Source: Eremomyces bilateralis CBS 781.70
Taxonomy: Eukaryota
Length of the DNA: 64,000 bases
Strand: one strand, 5' to 3'
Assembly (NCBI GenBank): GCA_010015585.1
Contig: ML975156.1
The translations under genes and the position numbers were made by a program. Of the stretch, positions 24,712 to 36,693 are shown in pieces (position 1 is the stretch's first letter; each line of letters opens with the position of its first letter). The notes under the pieces are model-generated. The model did no database searches. It was not told where the DNA came from and saw nothing but the letters and a program-made list of their open reading frames with translations.

Positions 24712-27029
24712 ATGGTTGTAGCTCCCGCCATCCCAGACCTCTTCGAAGAGGAATTGCATTCTGTCCTTGCTGCGCGAACCGAGTCTCTTCCGGCTTTGAG
24801 AGAGCTAGGTCCACCGGATCTGGTACACTTGGTCAAGCAGCCTGCGAAATCCCCGACCAAGCAGGTAAGTTGGCCTCCTTAGACAGTCTCGCGGTATGGC
24901 CGTGGCTAACTCGAACAGTTCGGTGTTTACCACCACGTCACTGGAGTCGACGCCTCGACTTCCGCGAGTCTTGCCGCTTATATCAATACTCTCACCTATA
25001 CTCCGCATGATAAGACGAACAAGGTAGTGTCAGGTTTATACTGGTTCGTGTGGTCCGTTCCCATCCCTTCGCAAGAAACGCTGACCGTATAAGCTGCTAC
25101 AATGCCTTCTCACGCCTCGATATGCGAGTCCAGGTGGCCATTCCCGGCACCGTCGAAGCATACTGCATAGACGAACGAGATAACAAGAGAGTCGCGACCG
25201 ATGACCTGTGGCTGGAGACATACCTTTGCAGCGTCCTTCGCGCATACTCCTACGCGGACGATGGCACCGGCGAATCGATCAAGCGGATAATCGGCGTCCG
25301 ACGATTCAACCCGATCACGAGCACCGACTCGGAACACAAGTTCATGGACGCGGCGGAGCGGCTGTTCTTCAATGGCTGGCAGCTGGGCTCGGATCCGGAG
25401 ATTCAGGTGCCGAACCTGGTGTCGAATCACTTGACCACGGGGTTGCTGAATTACATCCACACGACTGGTCGATATGCGTCGGGGATCAATCTGTTCGAGA
25501 AACTACGCTCCAAGGACCCGGAGATCTCCTCGCTCCTCGCGCGAGTGTACTTCGCTGCCGACGAGGAGGTCAAGGCGGTTCAATTACTCCACGAGGCGAT
25601 CCAAGAACTGCCGATGGACTATTCCCTCCTCGACTGCCAAGCCGAATTCTGCAACAAGAAGAATCGCCCGGACTTGGCGCTGGAAATCGCGAAGCGCAGC
25701 GTTGTCTCGGCACCGAGCGAATTCGGGACGTGGGCTAGGTTGGCGGAAATTTACATCAGCATGGAGGATTGGGATCTCGCACTTTTGACGCTGAATTCCT
25801 GTCCGATGTTCACATATCAGGATAAGGACGCGCCTCGGCTTCCCGAGCCTTTGCGCGTGTCGCTACCGATCCTACCTGAAAGCATGTGCGATGAAATCGA
25901 CGATAGTCAGACGCCGGACATGGAGATGGTGCATCCCCAACTGCGGAAATTGCATGCGGCTAGTTTCAAAGGGACGTTTTTGAAGGCATACACTCTCCTA
26001 ACCGAGATCACCAAGAAGATCGGCTGGGATCAACTCCTGAAAATCAGAAGCCAGGTGTTCGTCATGGAGGAAGAGTACCGCAACGAGAAACAGACCGTCC
26101 ACAGCGTATCGCATAGTCGCAACGCTAGCACCACTGCATTGCGGAGCAGTAGCCCTGCCACGAATGGACACGGAGAAGACGGCCGGAACAAGGACGATGA
26201 AGACGCGGAGAAGGAGGAGAAGGACGATGACGAAGACGCGGAGAAGGGAAGCGAAAGTGACGATTCAGCTTCACCATCACAGAGCGAGCCTTCCAAGGAT
26301 TCTAACATGGGATTGGAAAGGCCGCAGTTGACCGTCGCCTCAGAAGTCGTGCATGCTGGAGGTAGCGATGATGTAAGCACCTGTACTCTGCACTATCGTG
26401 TATCTCTTTGCTGACATTGGCCTGAATTAGCCCGAGGGTGCAAACAACACCAACTACACTCAATTCCGAAACAAGCGGCTTTGCGAGAGGTGGCTCGACA
26501 ACCTCTTCATGGTCCTGTACGAGGATCTGCGCGTCTACACCATCTGGCGCACGGAAATGGCGCAGTACCGACAGCAGCAGCTCGTGTACAAGAAATCGGC
26601 CGAGGAATGGGAGATCTTGGGCGAACTGGCGGACCGACTGCACCATTACGATGAGGCGGTCGAAGCCTACCAAGCGTGCTTGGGCATTCAATTTTCCCCT
26701 CGAGCGATGAAGGGCGTCCTGAAGATGTACGAGAAAAACGGAGACGTACGATTGATACTCGGGGGGTTGATTCGCCTGGTGACCTGGCAATATCGTTGGT
26801 ATTCAGAGGTAAGTAGACTCGCGGATCGCTGCTCTCGTGCCTGGCTGACTACGATTCTCAGTTCTCCCCGGTGTTGCTCTTCACGGTTCGAAAGTTGATC
26901 GAGGATGAAGGTGGCGTCAAGGTTCGGAGCATCATCCAAGGAACCAGCATGCCACAGAATGTCCTGGATCTAACTCACCATTACGCTCAACTATGCTCAA
27001 GCTTCAAGAGTTCGGGAAGCGAGTCGTGA
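24712..27029 (+). CDS. ChAPs-family exomer cargo adaptor (Bch1/Bud7/Chs6-like)
   Basis: Introns 24865-24918, 25044-25093, 26373-26430, 26809-26861. Motifs LRELGPPDLVHLVK, YNAFSRLD, ALLTLNSCPMF, KRLCERWLDNLFMVLYEDLR. Confidence 0.92.
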
Positions 27030-27514
27030 GGCGACTACCTCGTTTGTTTCTTTGGGTCCTTGACATGGGCAGTATAATCTTTTGTAATACGGCCAGGTAT
27101 GGTTGGCATGGGCGGATGCGGTATCGTAGGGTGTATTGCAGCGATTACAGCAGCGTAATGATTATTGTTGGTGCAACTAATTCTGCAAATGGATGCCGCT
27201 GTGCCAAGGAGATCTTAATGGTCGTAACTCGTACCTGGTGCTCACACTACACGTCTATCAATCGAATGGCTTCGACCATATGGCTTACTGTTTATTCGAG
27301 GAAGGATAGCAAAGATCGAAGAAACCGTATTTTAAGGCAATAGTCGCCATATCTCGGAGCGCCGTACTGTTTGATATGCTCTGCCTTGATTTTTATCTAT
27401 CCCAGAGAGCTAGTAGTCGCAGTAAACAGCCTGATTCCGGAACCATGAATATGCCATGCAATAAAGACCACAACGTCCCCAACGATACTCCATCCCGGCG
27501 GACGCTTCCGTGCC

Positions 27515-28204
27515 TTAACGGTAAGACTTTTGGTATTTCGCGCGCGCACCTGGACCGCCGAACTTCTTCGGCTCGCATCTCCGGTTGTCCGCGACCAACA
27601 GGGTCCTGTCGTACTGCACCAACGCCTGCTTCAACTGGTTCTTGGAGTGCTCATCGACGTATTTCTGGTAGTAGGCAATCTGTTGTAATGGCCGTGGTTA
27701 GCGTTCTGACGTTCCTTTTCTTCATCGTCTAGATATCCTTTCTCGGGAGGTTCACGTACGATGGACTTGGCAATCGCCTGTCTGATGGCGTAGATCTGGG
27801 ATGTGTGACCACCGCCAGAGACGCGGACGCGGATATCGACGTTGGCTATTTCCAGACATGTCAGCATTCCTGCTCCAACCCAATTCGACTAAATCGAGGA
27901 TATTCGTATAACATACCGAACTTATCGGCGCCGAGGATGAGGATCGGCTCGTAGACCTTGAAACGGAGGACCTGCGGTTGGAGGAGGGAAAGCGGTTTTC
28001 CGTTGACCTTGACAATGCCTTTGCCAGCCTACGAGATCGCTATTAGCAGCGCGCCTGGAGATTCTCCGGATGGTATCGTACCTTGCAGTGGGCGACGGCG
28101 GTCGCAGTCTTCTTCTTGCCGAACTTCATGTCACTGTCAGCGGATGTCGAATCAACGTAGCATGATCTCCAACTTACGCATTGTACGCTCTGTGTAGAAG
28201 CCAT
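27515..28204 (-). CDS. RPS16: 40S ribosomal protein S16 (uS9), five exons
   Basis: [23 protein letters not shown]|...[24 protein letters not shown]...[22 protein letters not shown]. Confidence 0.97.
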
Positions 28205-28589
28205 GTTGGATCAAAGCTTCACGTACTGTCGTGCAGAAAGCAATGTGTGGTGTTGCGATGGGACTCCGAATTGATGATTTGAGGATCGTGAGGTGGAAAA
28301 TGGCGAGGAGAGGTGGGTCGGCATTTGCCGTTTCGCTTCCACCAGCGTTTGTGTGAGACACTAAGCCTAGTTTGGACTAATGATCATGTGACACACATTC
28401 CCTTGGATTTCCACGTGACCACCTCCCTCAGACTATCCAGAGTATGGAAGTTGCCTCCTTGGAATGGCAGCCAATTTCAACGTCGAAATTCAGTGCCGCA
28501 AGTCGGATAAGCGTCGTTATTAACATCTATCTTACAGTTTACGGATAATGTACAGGTCTACAGCAATGGGATATCTTCAAAAATACACA

Positions 28590-30730
28590 TCAACCTTCAC
28601 GCCCTTCGCCTCCATCGCGATGTATCTTCCGCACAGGCTCCTGATGATGGGCTTCGAATATGATCGAGTCCACATCCTTCATCTTCGCCTTCAACTCCTC
28701 CTTGTACCCCTCCCCTAGTTTCTGGCCAAGTGTATCCAGAACAACCGTGATACGTCCTCGCAACTCCTTCAAAACCGCTAAACAATCCGCTTGGGAATAA
28801 TGCCTAGCATGTTTGTGACCCAACACGTAGCCGCGAAGGGGCTCCACCGCTTGTAATAACCGGTGAATCGCGGCCATATTTTCGACTCTTCCATGCGCTT
28901 TCTGGGCAGTGGTAACATACACCGAAAGGCATTTGGGATCGTGGATGGATTGTTCGAACATCATTCGGACGATATTGTCCGCATCCCGGAATGCACCACT
29001 CAGGTTTTTGAGTCGCCGTGCACATGCACTAAGGGCAATGAGATACGAGCTCCGAGTCGGTTTGATGCCAGCCGCTGGAAAGTCGACCTCCAGCGCATGT
29101 ACCGTTTCTTGGCTGCTTCGAGTGGCGCGGAAAACCCGGAGCAGCATGTCCATGGCTGCCTCGTCAGGAAGTAGGGTGTCCCAACCAGGCCCAGACTTCG
29201 ATGTGAGCAGGGAAAAGTACTCTGACGCAATCACCTTCAATCTCAGTTTAAGACAGGCCTCCAGTAAGAGCGACAGAGTGTTGTTTCCAAGCTTGACATA
29301 TGATATTGGAACATGTCTGGTTGGACGGCGGTTGGGTGTCCGGGTCGAGACGGCGCTGTCGTTGGGAACAAGCGCGTTTTGTCCCGAGACCAATTGGGGA
29401 ATCAGAGTAAACTCATTTTCTCTAGGCCCTTCAGATGGATCAAGCGATGGCACATCTAGCGATATGCCAGCTTTCCGATCGCTCTCGCCGTGCTCGTGCT
29501 CTTCCAACTTGTCCGTCTTGTCCACCCCGTCAACGCCAGGTCGTGTGCCTGAGGAGCCCGCTGGCAATAAAGAAACCGCTCCCTCCTCCTTCTTCTTGGA
29601 GATGTTAGGTATGCCCATTGTCTGCTCAGCCAACACAAAAATATCCCGGACATTGGCAACATCGTTGCTCAGCAGGAGCAGACGTCCCATTGCGCAGACA
29701 AGGCCTTCTTCTACGACAATATCTCCGTTCATCCACTTGTCGCGAACAATAGCCCAAATGCGGCGTCCTCGGAGAACTGCCTCCTCAACTTGGCGCATCT
29801 TCTCGTTGCCTTCTTCAACACGCTTCAAAAACTGGGAATTGGCGAAATCCTTCAGTTCATTATCCGCGAGGACCTGGTCGTGTAGGAATGTTAGGACGAT
29901 CGAATAGGTAATATGATCCGGAGCACATGGTCCATGTTCCGGTAATCTTGATATAATACCCCAGAGCTCATCCGCTGCGTTGCCTCGCGCGCACACAGAC
30001 AGCGCGGCGTTGGCGTGCATAGTCATCGGCTCGACTCGGGAATTGGGCGCGGACATCGAATGAAAGAGGGCGACCGCTCGGGAGGGCGCAGTTGGGACTT
30101 TGTCCGCATATCTCGCAAGTCCTCTGAGAAGAGTGGTAAATGTATAAGAGTCAGGTGCTTGAGCCCGTTTCTTCATCTATTTGGTTAAACGGTTAGCATA
30201 ATCTGAATCGGCCATGGTCGGATTGCTGAACTCACATCGTTAAACGTCTTCATCGCTTCATTGACCTTCCCACTCCTCATGAGATGATCCAGGAGAAGAT
30301 TCCAGGGGACTGTACATTTCTGGGTTTTACTGGCGAGATGGATCATCTCCGTAGCCTTACTCACTTCGGACAGAAGGAGCAGCCTTTGGACATGATCTGC
30401 CAGCCTAACCGGATCTTTAAGCCATCGCAGTTCCGCCTCTAAACTCTTCGGGTTGTGGGACGGTCGTCGGACAACCGCGTTTGGCCCGGATCCATCTTTG
30501 CGATTCGCGCTACGATCGTGTGAATCGGCGGCTCTGCCATCTTTGCGATTCGAACCCCGTTCATGCGAATCAGAGGCTCTGCGCTCACTCCCACCGTTCT
30601 TAGGAGTCCGAGGATTCCCTTCTGCAACCAGTCGTCGGACCGTTAGAGTTCGAATTGTAGGAGCATTGACTGCTATACGGAAACGGGCGTGGTTGCAGGC
30701 ATGTTGAAGGCCGATACAGCGCTTCAGCAT
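28590..30730 (-). CDS. Mitochondrial pentatricopeptide-repeat protein
   Basis: Two exons (intron ~30177-30235). PPR motifs VPWNLLLDHLMRSGKVNEAMKTFND|MKKRAQAPDSYTFTTLLRGL; basic presequence-like N-terminus. Confidence 0.85.
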
Positions 30731-31342
30731 GAATGCCCTTTGGATCAGTAGCTGAACGTCCTTGCGATCGGCTATTGGATTGATTTGCGGAGTGTAGCCT
30801 CTCAGGTTGAGCGACGATGCATTTTGCAGAGAAAGTCAACTGCATCAGGTCAAGAGGACGAAGTTGCTCATCACGTGACCACAAGACTTCTCCCGTTTTC
30901 CTCCTGAGACTTGGAAAGTTTTCAAACTTGATGGAAATGCACCATTCAGAAAATAATCGAAATAATTCTTCTTCCCAGTTGGCTACAAATATATGGATGC
31001 CTTTACCAAACTACCTTCAGTTCAAAGGGAACAGCCGCATAGAGGTTCTTCAATTTCAGGTACTGCCGGATCCCCACAACCGTTATTGTGAGAGCGTCGT
31101 CCAGTCTTTGCGATTCAATAAATAGTAAATATACATTTTCCACAGTTGGCTGGTTGTCTTTTGTCAGAGTTAGTGGTTCAAGATGCTCAACCATCCGTTC
31201 AACACGGCTCGAACTCTCTTGCCTGAGCATATAAATGAGTCCTTCTGCGCCAGCATGCAATGGCCGTTTCAATTTCCAATATCCTTTCCGATACACATCT
31301 TCTTGCGTATCCTACATAGCCCACGCGTCGAACTTATCAATC

Positions 31343-32056
31343 ATGAAGCTTTTCCGAACCTCTGTCACCATCGTCGCCATCGTAGGCGCCTCTGCTATAG
31401 TCATCCCGTCCAGTGAAACCATGCAGGCGATCAAGATAATTCCCCTGAAAGGGGAGAACCGCAATAATTTCATCGACCGGGCCACTCGTCCTGAACATGC
31501 CCACGCCGAGGGACACGACAAGCGTGGGCTAGAAAAGGCCCAAAGGGAGCTGCCGGAGAGCGCGGTGATTTGTATGTCGGAAGATCCATCACAGCTACCG
31601 CAGAAGTTCGTTTCCCCGGGTAAGTATTGACTAGTTTTCCCTTTCTCCACGGGCGGTTGAAGCATTAGACTTCGGACCCTAGATTCTCCCCGGTGTGTAT
31701 CCGAGACTCCACTGAGAGCTGAACGAGCTACAGATTACAACCAAGAGAGGGAACAACGCGTCGCTGCAGATGGATTGCGCCATTTCTGGAAGCGGTTGAT
31801 TTGGGTACAGCACGGCAGGACTTGTCTCACGCAGGCAGGCGAAGAAGAAGGGCAAAATGAGGACGTGAACGATCTCGAAGAAGTCAAGGCGGCCACCACT
31901 GGATATAAGGCGTCGCTTCGCGCGGAAATTCGTAAGAAGAAGGAGTGGGAAAAACAGCATCCGGAGGGGCCGGAGAAGGTTTGGGTTGATGGTAGGCGGC
32001 TGCCGAGTTACTGGAATGGCCATGAAATGACTGCACATTATCCATACGAGGAATAA
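31343..32056 (+). CDS. Hypothetical secreted protein (orphan)
   Basis: Signal-peptide-like MKLFRTSVTIVAIVGASA. Intron 31620-31682 (GTAAGT...TAG) joins two ORFs in frame to TAA at 32056. Confidence 0.6.
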
Positions 32057-35011
32057 ATTGTCTACGGCAGCCTTCATTGTCACTTTCATTAGCTGAGAGT
32101 CAGTCTCTTCATGTCAGATCATGGCTTGTCCTCTTTGTGCTGTTAGGCAGATTGTCTATGCTACCCGTCTGTACATGTGATAACTGTAGACGTACATCGG
32201 ATCATTTCCTCCCATATGGGTCAATGCTCATACATATGTAACATATGAATCAAAAGCTCCGGAATCCAAAAGTGCCAAGAGCAGTTTCAAGGGATTTCTA
32301 CCCGCCCCTGACGCGCAACATATGCCAGACATCCTACACAGACCGAAATCGTATCCCTCAATCTAAGGGTCCCCACGGCCGCCTTCATGCGAAGTACGAG
32401 TAGAACCGCTCCCAGCAGCCTGCCTGTTACGAAGCACGATACTGTGCCACCGCCCTTCGACAAGGATCAGGTTTACCGGCCTGCTGCTGAGCGACGGCGG
32501 TGGCTCGATCTGGGCTGCGCAGCAGCCAACAGTTCGCCGGCTGCCGACAGACGGGGCAGACCTGGTTGCACTTATGCTGTGGCTCCCATCACCTGCAACG
32601 GGCGGTGGTACGGTCGCACAAGGCGGTCGAACTACAGCAGCGTAGGTACCAGCAGTATCGGTACTGCTGGGATCCGCGGAGACAGGTGAGAGAGGCGTGG
32701 AAAAGGCTTGCAGGTGAGGATTCCCGGGGATTGGCGATGGAGAGAATGGGTGGGGATTGGCAGTGGTTACTATGGCTTCTAGGAGACACGATGCCGCTAC
32801 TGGAGGCGATTGGGACGTGTGCAGATAAGTTCGTGGTCGCTCGGGTTCTCCAAGCAGGCTGTTGCCTTGGGGATCCCTGGTGGTGCCTGCAAGCATCGGA
32901 TGTCGTGCATAGGGCCGAATCAGTTGCGCCGATGGAAACGCGAGCCTGCGGGCGTACTAGCCACTTATAGGGCATTTGCACTTTACATCAATGTCATATG
33001 TTGACGAGCTTTCCATTGGCCCAGCGATAGAAAGCGGCATGGTGCTCCGCGACAGCGATACGTTTGACCTGGAGGAGGGGAGCCGAAACGTATTCGATGG
33101 CATGGCCGTTGCGGTAGGAGAACAAAGGAACCTGGTGATGCTGTGCCGACGGAGTCCGCCCGCAGATTCCGGCAAGAAGGTGTTCTCTGGAAATGTATGC
33201 CTAGGTCCGAGTGCAATCCAGGTAAGTCACTCAACCTGATCCGTGTGTGATGCGACTGAGCAGAGCAGCGATATGCGAGGCATGAGGCATGTGCAAAACC
33301 ACCACGGTCCAATAAATTCCGCACCATGCAGCACTTGAGGCAGGACAACATACCGCACACTGAAAACCGCCCGGTGCGACTTAGGCAGGGCCTCTAACAA
33401 AAGGCACCAGGCCGGACGACGTCCCGGCCACGGGCAGCCAGTCATCGGCGTCCGTGGCGGTCCCATCGACGCTGACAAAACACCTTGGTGACTCGGGATG
33501 GAGAGTGGGCGAACAGATAGCCACGGATTGTTCGCCCAGGTTACACGCCACGGAGATGAAAGGTCGATCAGGGAACGGTGGAAACCCTGTATCGGATACA
33601 CCCCGACCGTGCCCTATCCCCTCTATTCGCGTGGACTCGCACAAGGAGTCATCGTGGACGGGAAGAGGCGGAGGGGTTGGTCAAACGTAGGAAGTGAGTC
33701 ACATGGTCCTCTGTGCTCCCGCTGCGGGATATAGCACCGACCTACGCGCCTGTTCGGCCGATGCATATGCACGAAATCTCCGATGCCGCGGTTTCCCTGC
33801 TCTTCCGTTGCTATCCCAATCGATGCCTCGCACCGCTGTTGCGAGCTGATAGGCTCGATACCCGAGGCTTCAAGTCCGTTGTGGTGGGCGGTAGGGTGAC
33901 GAGGACAGGTGAAAGGAGGCACAGTCACAGGCGTCACGAAGCGAAACCGGTGCGCAAGGATAGCATGGACATCGCACACGGAGCCAGACCACCAAGAAGG
34001 CAGAAACGCAGTAGACAGCAAGTTTATCATTAATTTACAGGGACCAATTTGCGGGTGCGGAGATGTGGGGTCTGTGTGTGTGTAAGGTACTGTTGCTTTG
34101 TGTTTCTATCCCTTTTCCTCTCCTCCTTACGCAACCACTGGGGCCTGCGAAGTGCTTTACCCAATCTCCAGACAGGAAATCATCTCCTAATGCGGGGGGA
34201 AATGCGGAAGCGGGGAATCTTGAATGAATTTGGGGTGAACGGGAATCTCAAATGTAAGGAAAGGGTACGCCACAACATGCAATCTAACAACTTCGAAACA
34301 TCCATAAGGAAACCATGAAGGAAATGCTCTTGACATCTGGCTGACGAGGGCTTGGAAAGAAGCGAATATGGTGACATTAGGTTGGGACAGAACCCCAAGC
34401 GTATGAGCCTAAGGTTCTCGTGACTACACCCGTACGAGTCTGCCACCATGCGTTCTTCCGAAACGCTTCAAACACAAATCAAACCTGGTGGATTTGATAG
34501 GCAGGCCCTCTGCTTTGTATGCACAAGCACGTTTGTGAAAGTCGCAACCGGTCGGGGGGAAATGGAAATGGCACGATGGGGACTCGTCTCCGCCACCGAT
34601 GAATGAAGAGAAGCGGCCGTCTCGTCGTAATCGTCTCGGTCTCGATATGCAGTTGCCGATCATGCTTGATATTTTCCAGTCCGTTGCCCCCGAAGTCCCA
34701 CACCACCGTTGAAAGGAGAATATAAAAATAGTAAGGGGGAAAAAAGAAACTTGAGAAGAAAGCAATGGTGCCGGTCCCAAGGCGTCAACCATGCCCCGTT
34801 CAACAAGCCACCGAACCACCGCCAACCCATGCAAATGCAATGCCAGCCCCCTCAATGAAACGCACAACTAATGCAATTGAATCATTCGAAATCATCGCGA
34901 AGTGAACGGAAAGAATGCCCGCGTAAACGAATCTCCATTAGAATTCCTGCCGCGACCGCAGAAGTGTCTTGAGATAGACGACTTAGGTGACCTCAGAGAT
35001 GATAGAATCGG

Positions 35012-36693
35012 CTACGGCTGATAGTTGCCCGAGCCATTGTTATCTACTATCTGTTAGCCACCGAGGCATGGCAGATGGTCCAGGGGGCTCCGGGCAACCA
35101 GGAGGCTTACGTACGCTGTTGGTACATTTGAGGGTTGTTCGGAGCGTATGGAGATGGAGGGTAATTGCCACCGCTGGTTGGTTGGCCGCTGTTATACATC
35201 TGGCTGTTGGGCGGATACTGGGCGGTCATTGGGCTCTGGCCGCCGTAGCCAGCTTGCGTCGGTTGGTTCTGACCGGGCGGACCATAGCCGATCGGTGGCA
35301 GTTGGGGACCTCCGGGCATGGAGGGGGGAGCACCGATATGCGGGGGATTGTAGGGGTGGGATTCCGAGCCTCCCTCACTGGCGCGTTGTTCGGCGTCGCG
35401 TCGGTGACGTTCATCTTCGGCTTTGCGCGCGGCTTCCTCCTCCTTCTTTTTCTGTTTCCATTCCTTGCGAATTTCCTTGAATTCTGTGAAGACATGTTAG
35501 CATATTCAACATCAAAGGCCGTAGTGAATCTAGCGCAAGTCTAATGTTGCCCGTGGTGGGCCGGACTCTGTTAGACTCCGCCCACACCACACAACACCGC
35601 GTCCGCTGCATGACACCGCATAACGCTTTAAACCACGCCCAGCGCGTTGATTCAACCAACATCGCGCGAACTTAAATTCGACTTCGTCTAGATCCTGTGA
35701 AACAGTGTGGAACCCACCTTCGGGAGTGCGCTTGGTGCCATGGGATTGCATGGTGACATGCGCGTTCAAATGGTTCAGGGTTCCATAAGCCTTCTCGCAT
35801 CCATTCCATCCGCACTTGTACATGCGCTCGATTTCCTCGTATCTTCGACGTGGTCGTTTATGCTGTTGCGCGCCCGGGATCGGGACAAAGGAGTAAACGG
35901 TCGACAGCGGGTGGGCGCCCTGAAGCACGCGTTAGCATCATGAACTCGGATGGAGGCGACGCGCTTGGGGCGACAAGCATACCGGTGAAACCAGGGCTGG
36001 CAGCGGTCCGCCCGATGTCACGGCCGAATGCGCGTACATCGGGGAGGCTCCATATTGACCCCCTGCCCACTCTGGGCGTCCATACACCCCCGGATGGCCC
36101 GCGTAATGGGACATGTCGGCGGGAGAAGGCGTGTAAGGGGAATATTGATGATGCTGCGGAGGATACGTAGGGCTGGTGGCGGCCGCGATGGAGGGATCTA
36201 TTTGTTGCGTTTGGTCAGATCTCATGTTGGGAGAGGTGGCAGATTGGCCATTGGGAGAGCCAGAAGCATTCAAAGGCATGGACGGACTTGTTGCTTGGGC
36301 CATTCCTTGCTGTTGGTTCGCTCCAGGGGCGATATTCGGGTGATAGGGCCTTTGGTAGTCGGGGAAAGTGCTGGAACGCGCCGAGGAAGGGGCGATCCCG
36401 TATTCCGAGTTAGGAGTGGCCGTACTGGAGGAGAAGTTGGCCGAACGGGAGTCTGGGTTCGACGGGTAATGCGCAGCGGATGGCTGATCTGAAGAGGCGT
36501 CTCTCTGAGCGTCGTCCGAGATTGAAGAATCGGTGAGTGGAAGTCCAAGTTTCGTACCTGATTGCGAATAGTCTGTTTGCCTATTGTCCATAGGCTGCGG
36601 CGGAATCGTGGGACGTTGACGGCCAAGCTTGACGCCAGGCGATAGCGGAGTAATTGGACGAGCACCTAAAGCCGTTGGATAGCCAGTGGACAT
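35012..36693 (-). CDS. CON7: Con7-type C2H2 zinc-finger transcription factor
   Basis: YSFVPIPGAQQHKRPRRRYEEIERMYKCGWNGCEKAYGTLNHLNAHVTMQSHG...EFKEIRKEWK is the Con7 signature. Introns 35920-35982, 35484-35717, 35044-35114. The start codon is uncertain (36693 or 36591). Confidence 0.9.
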
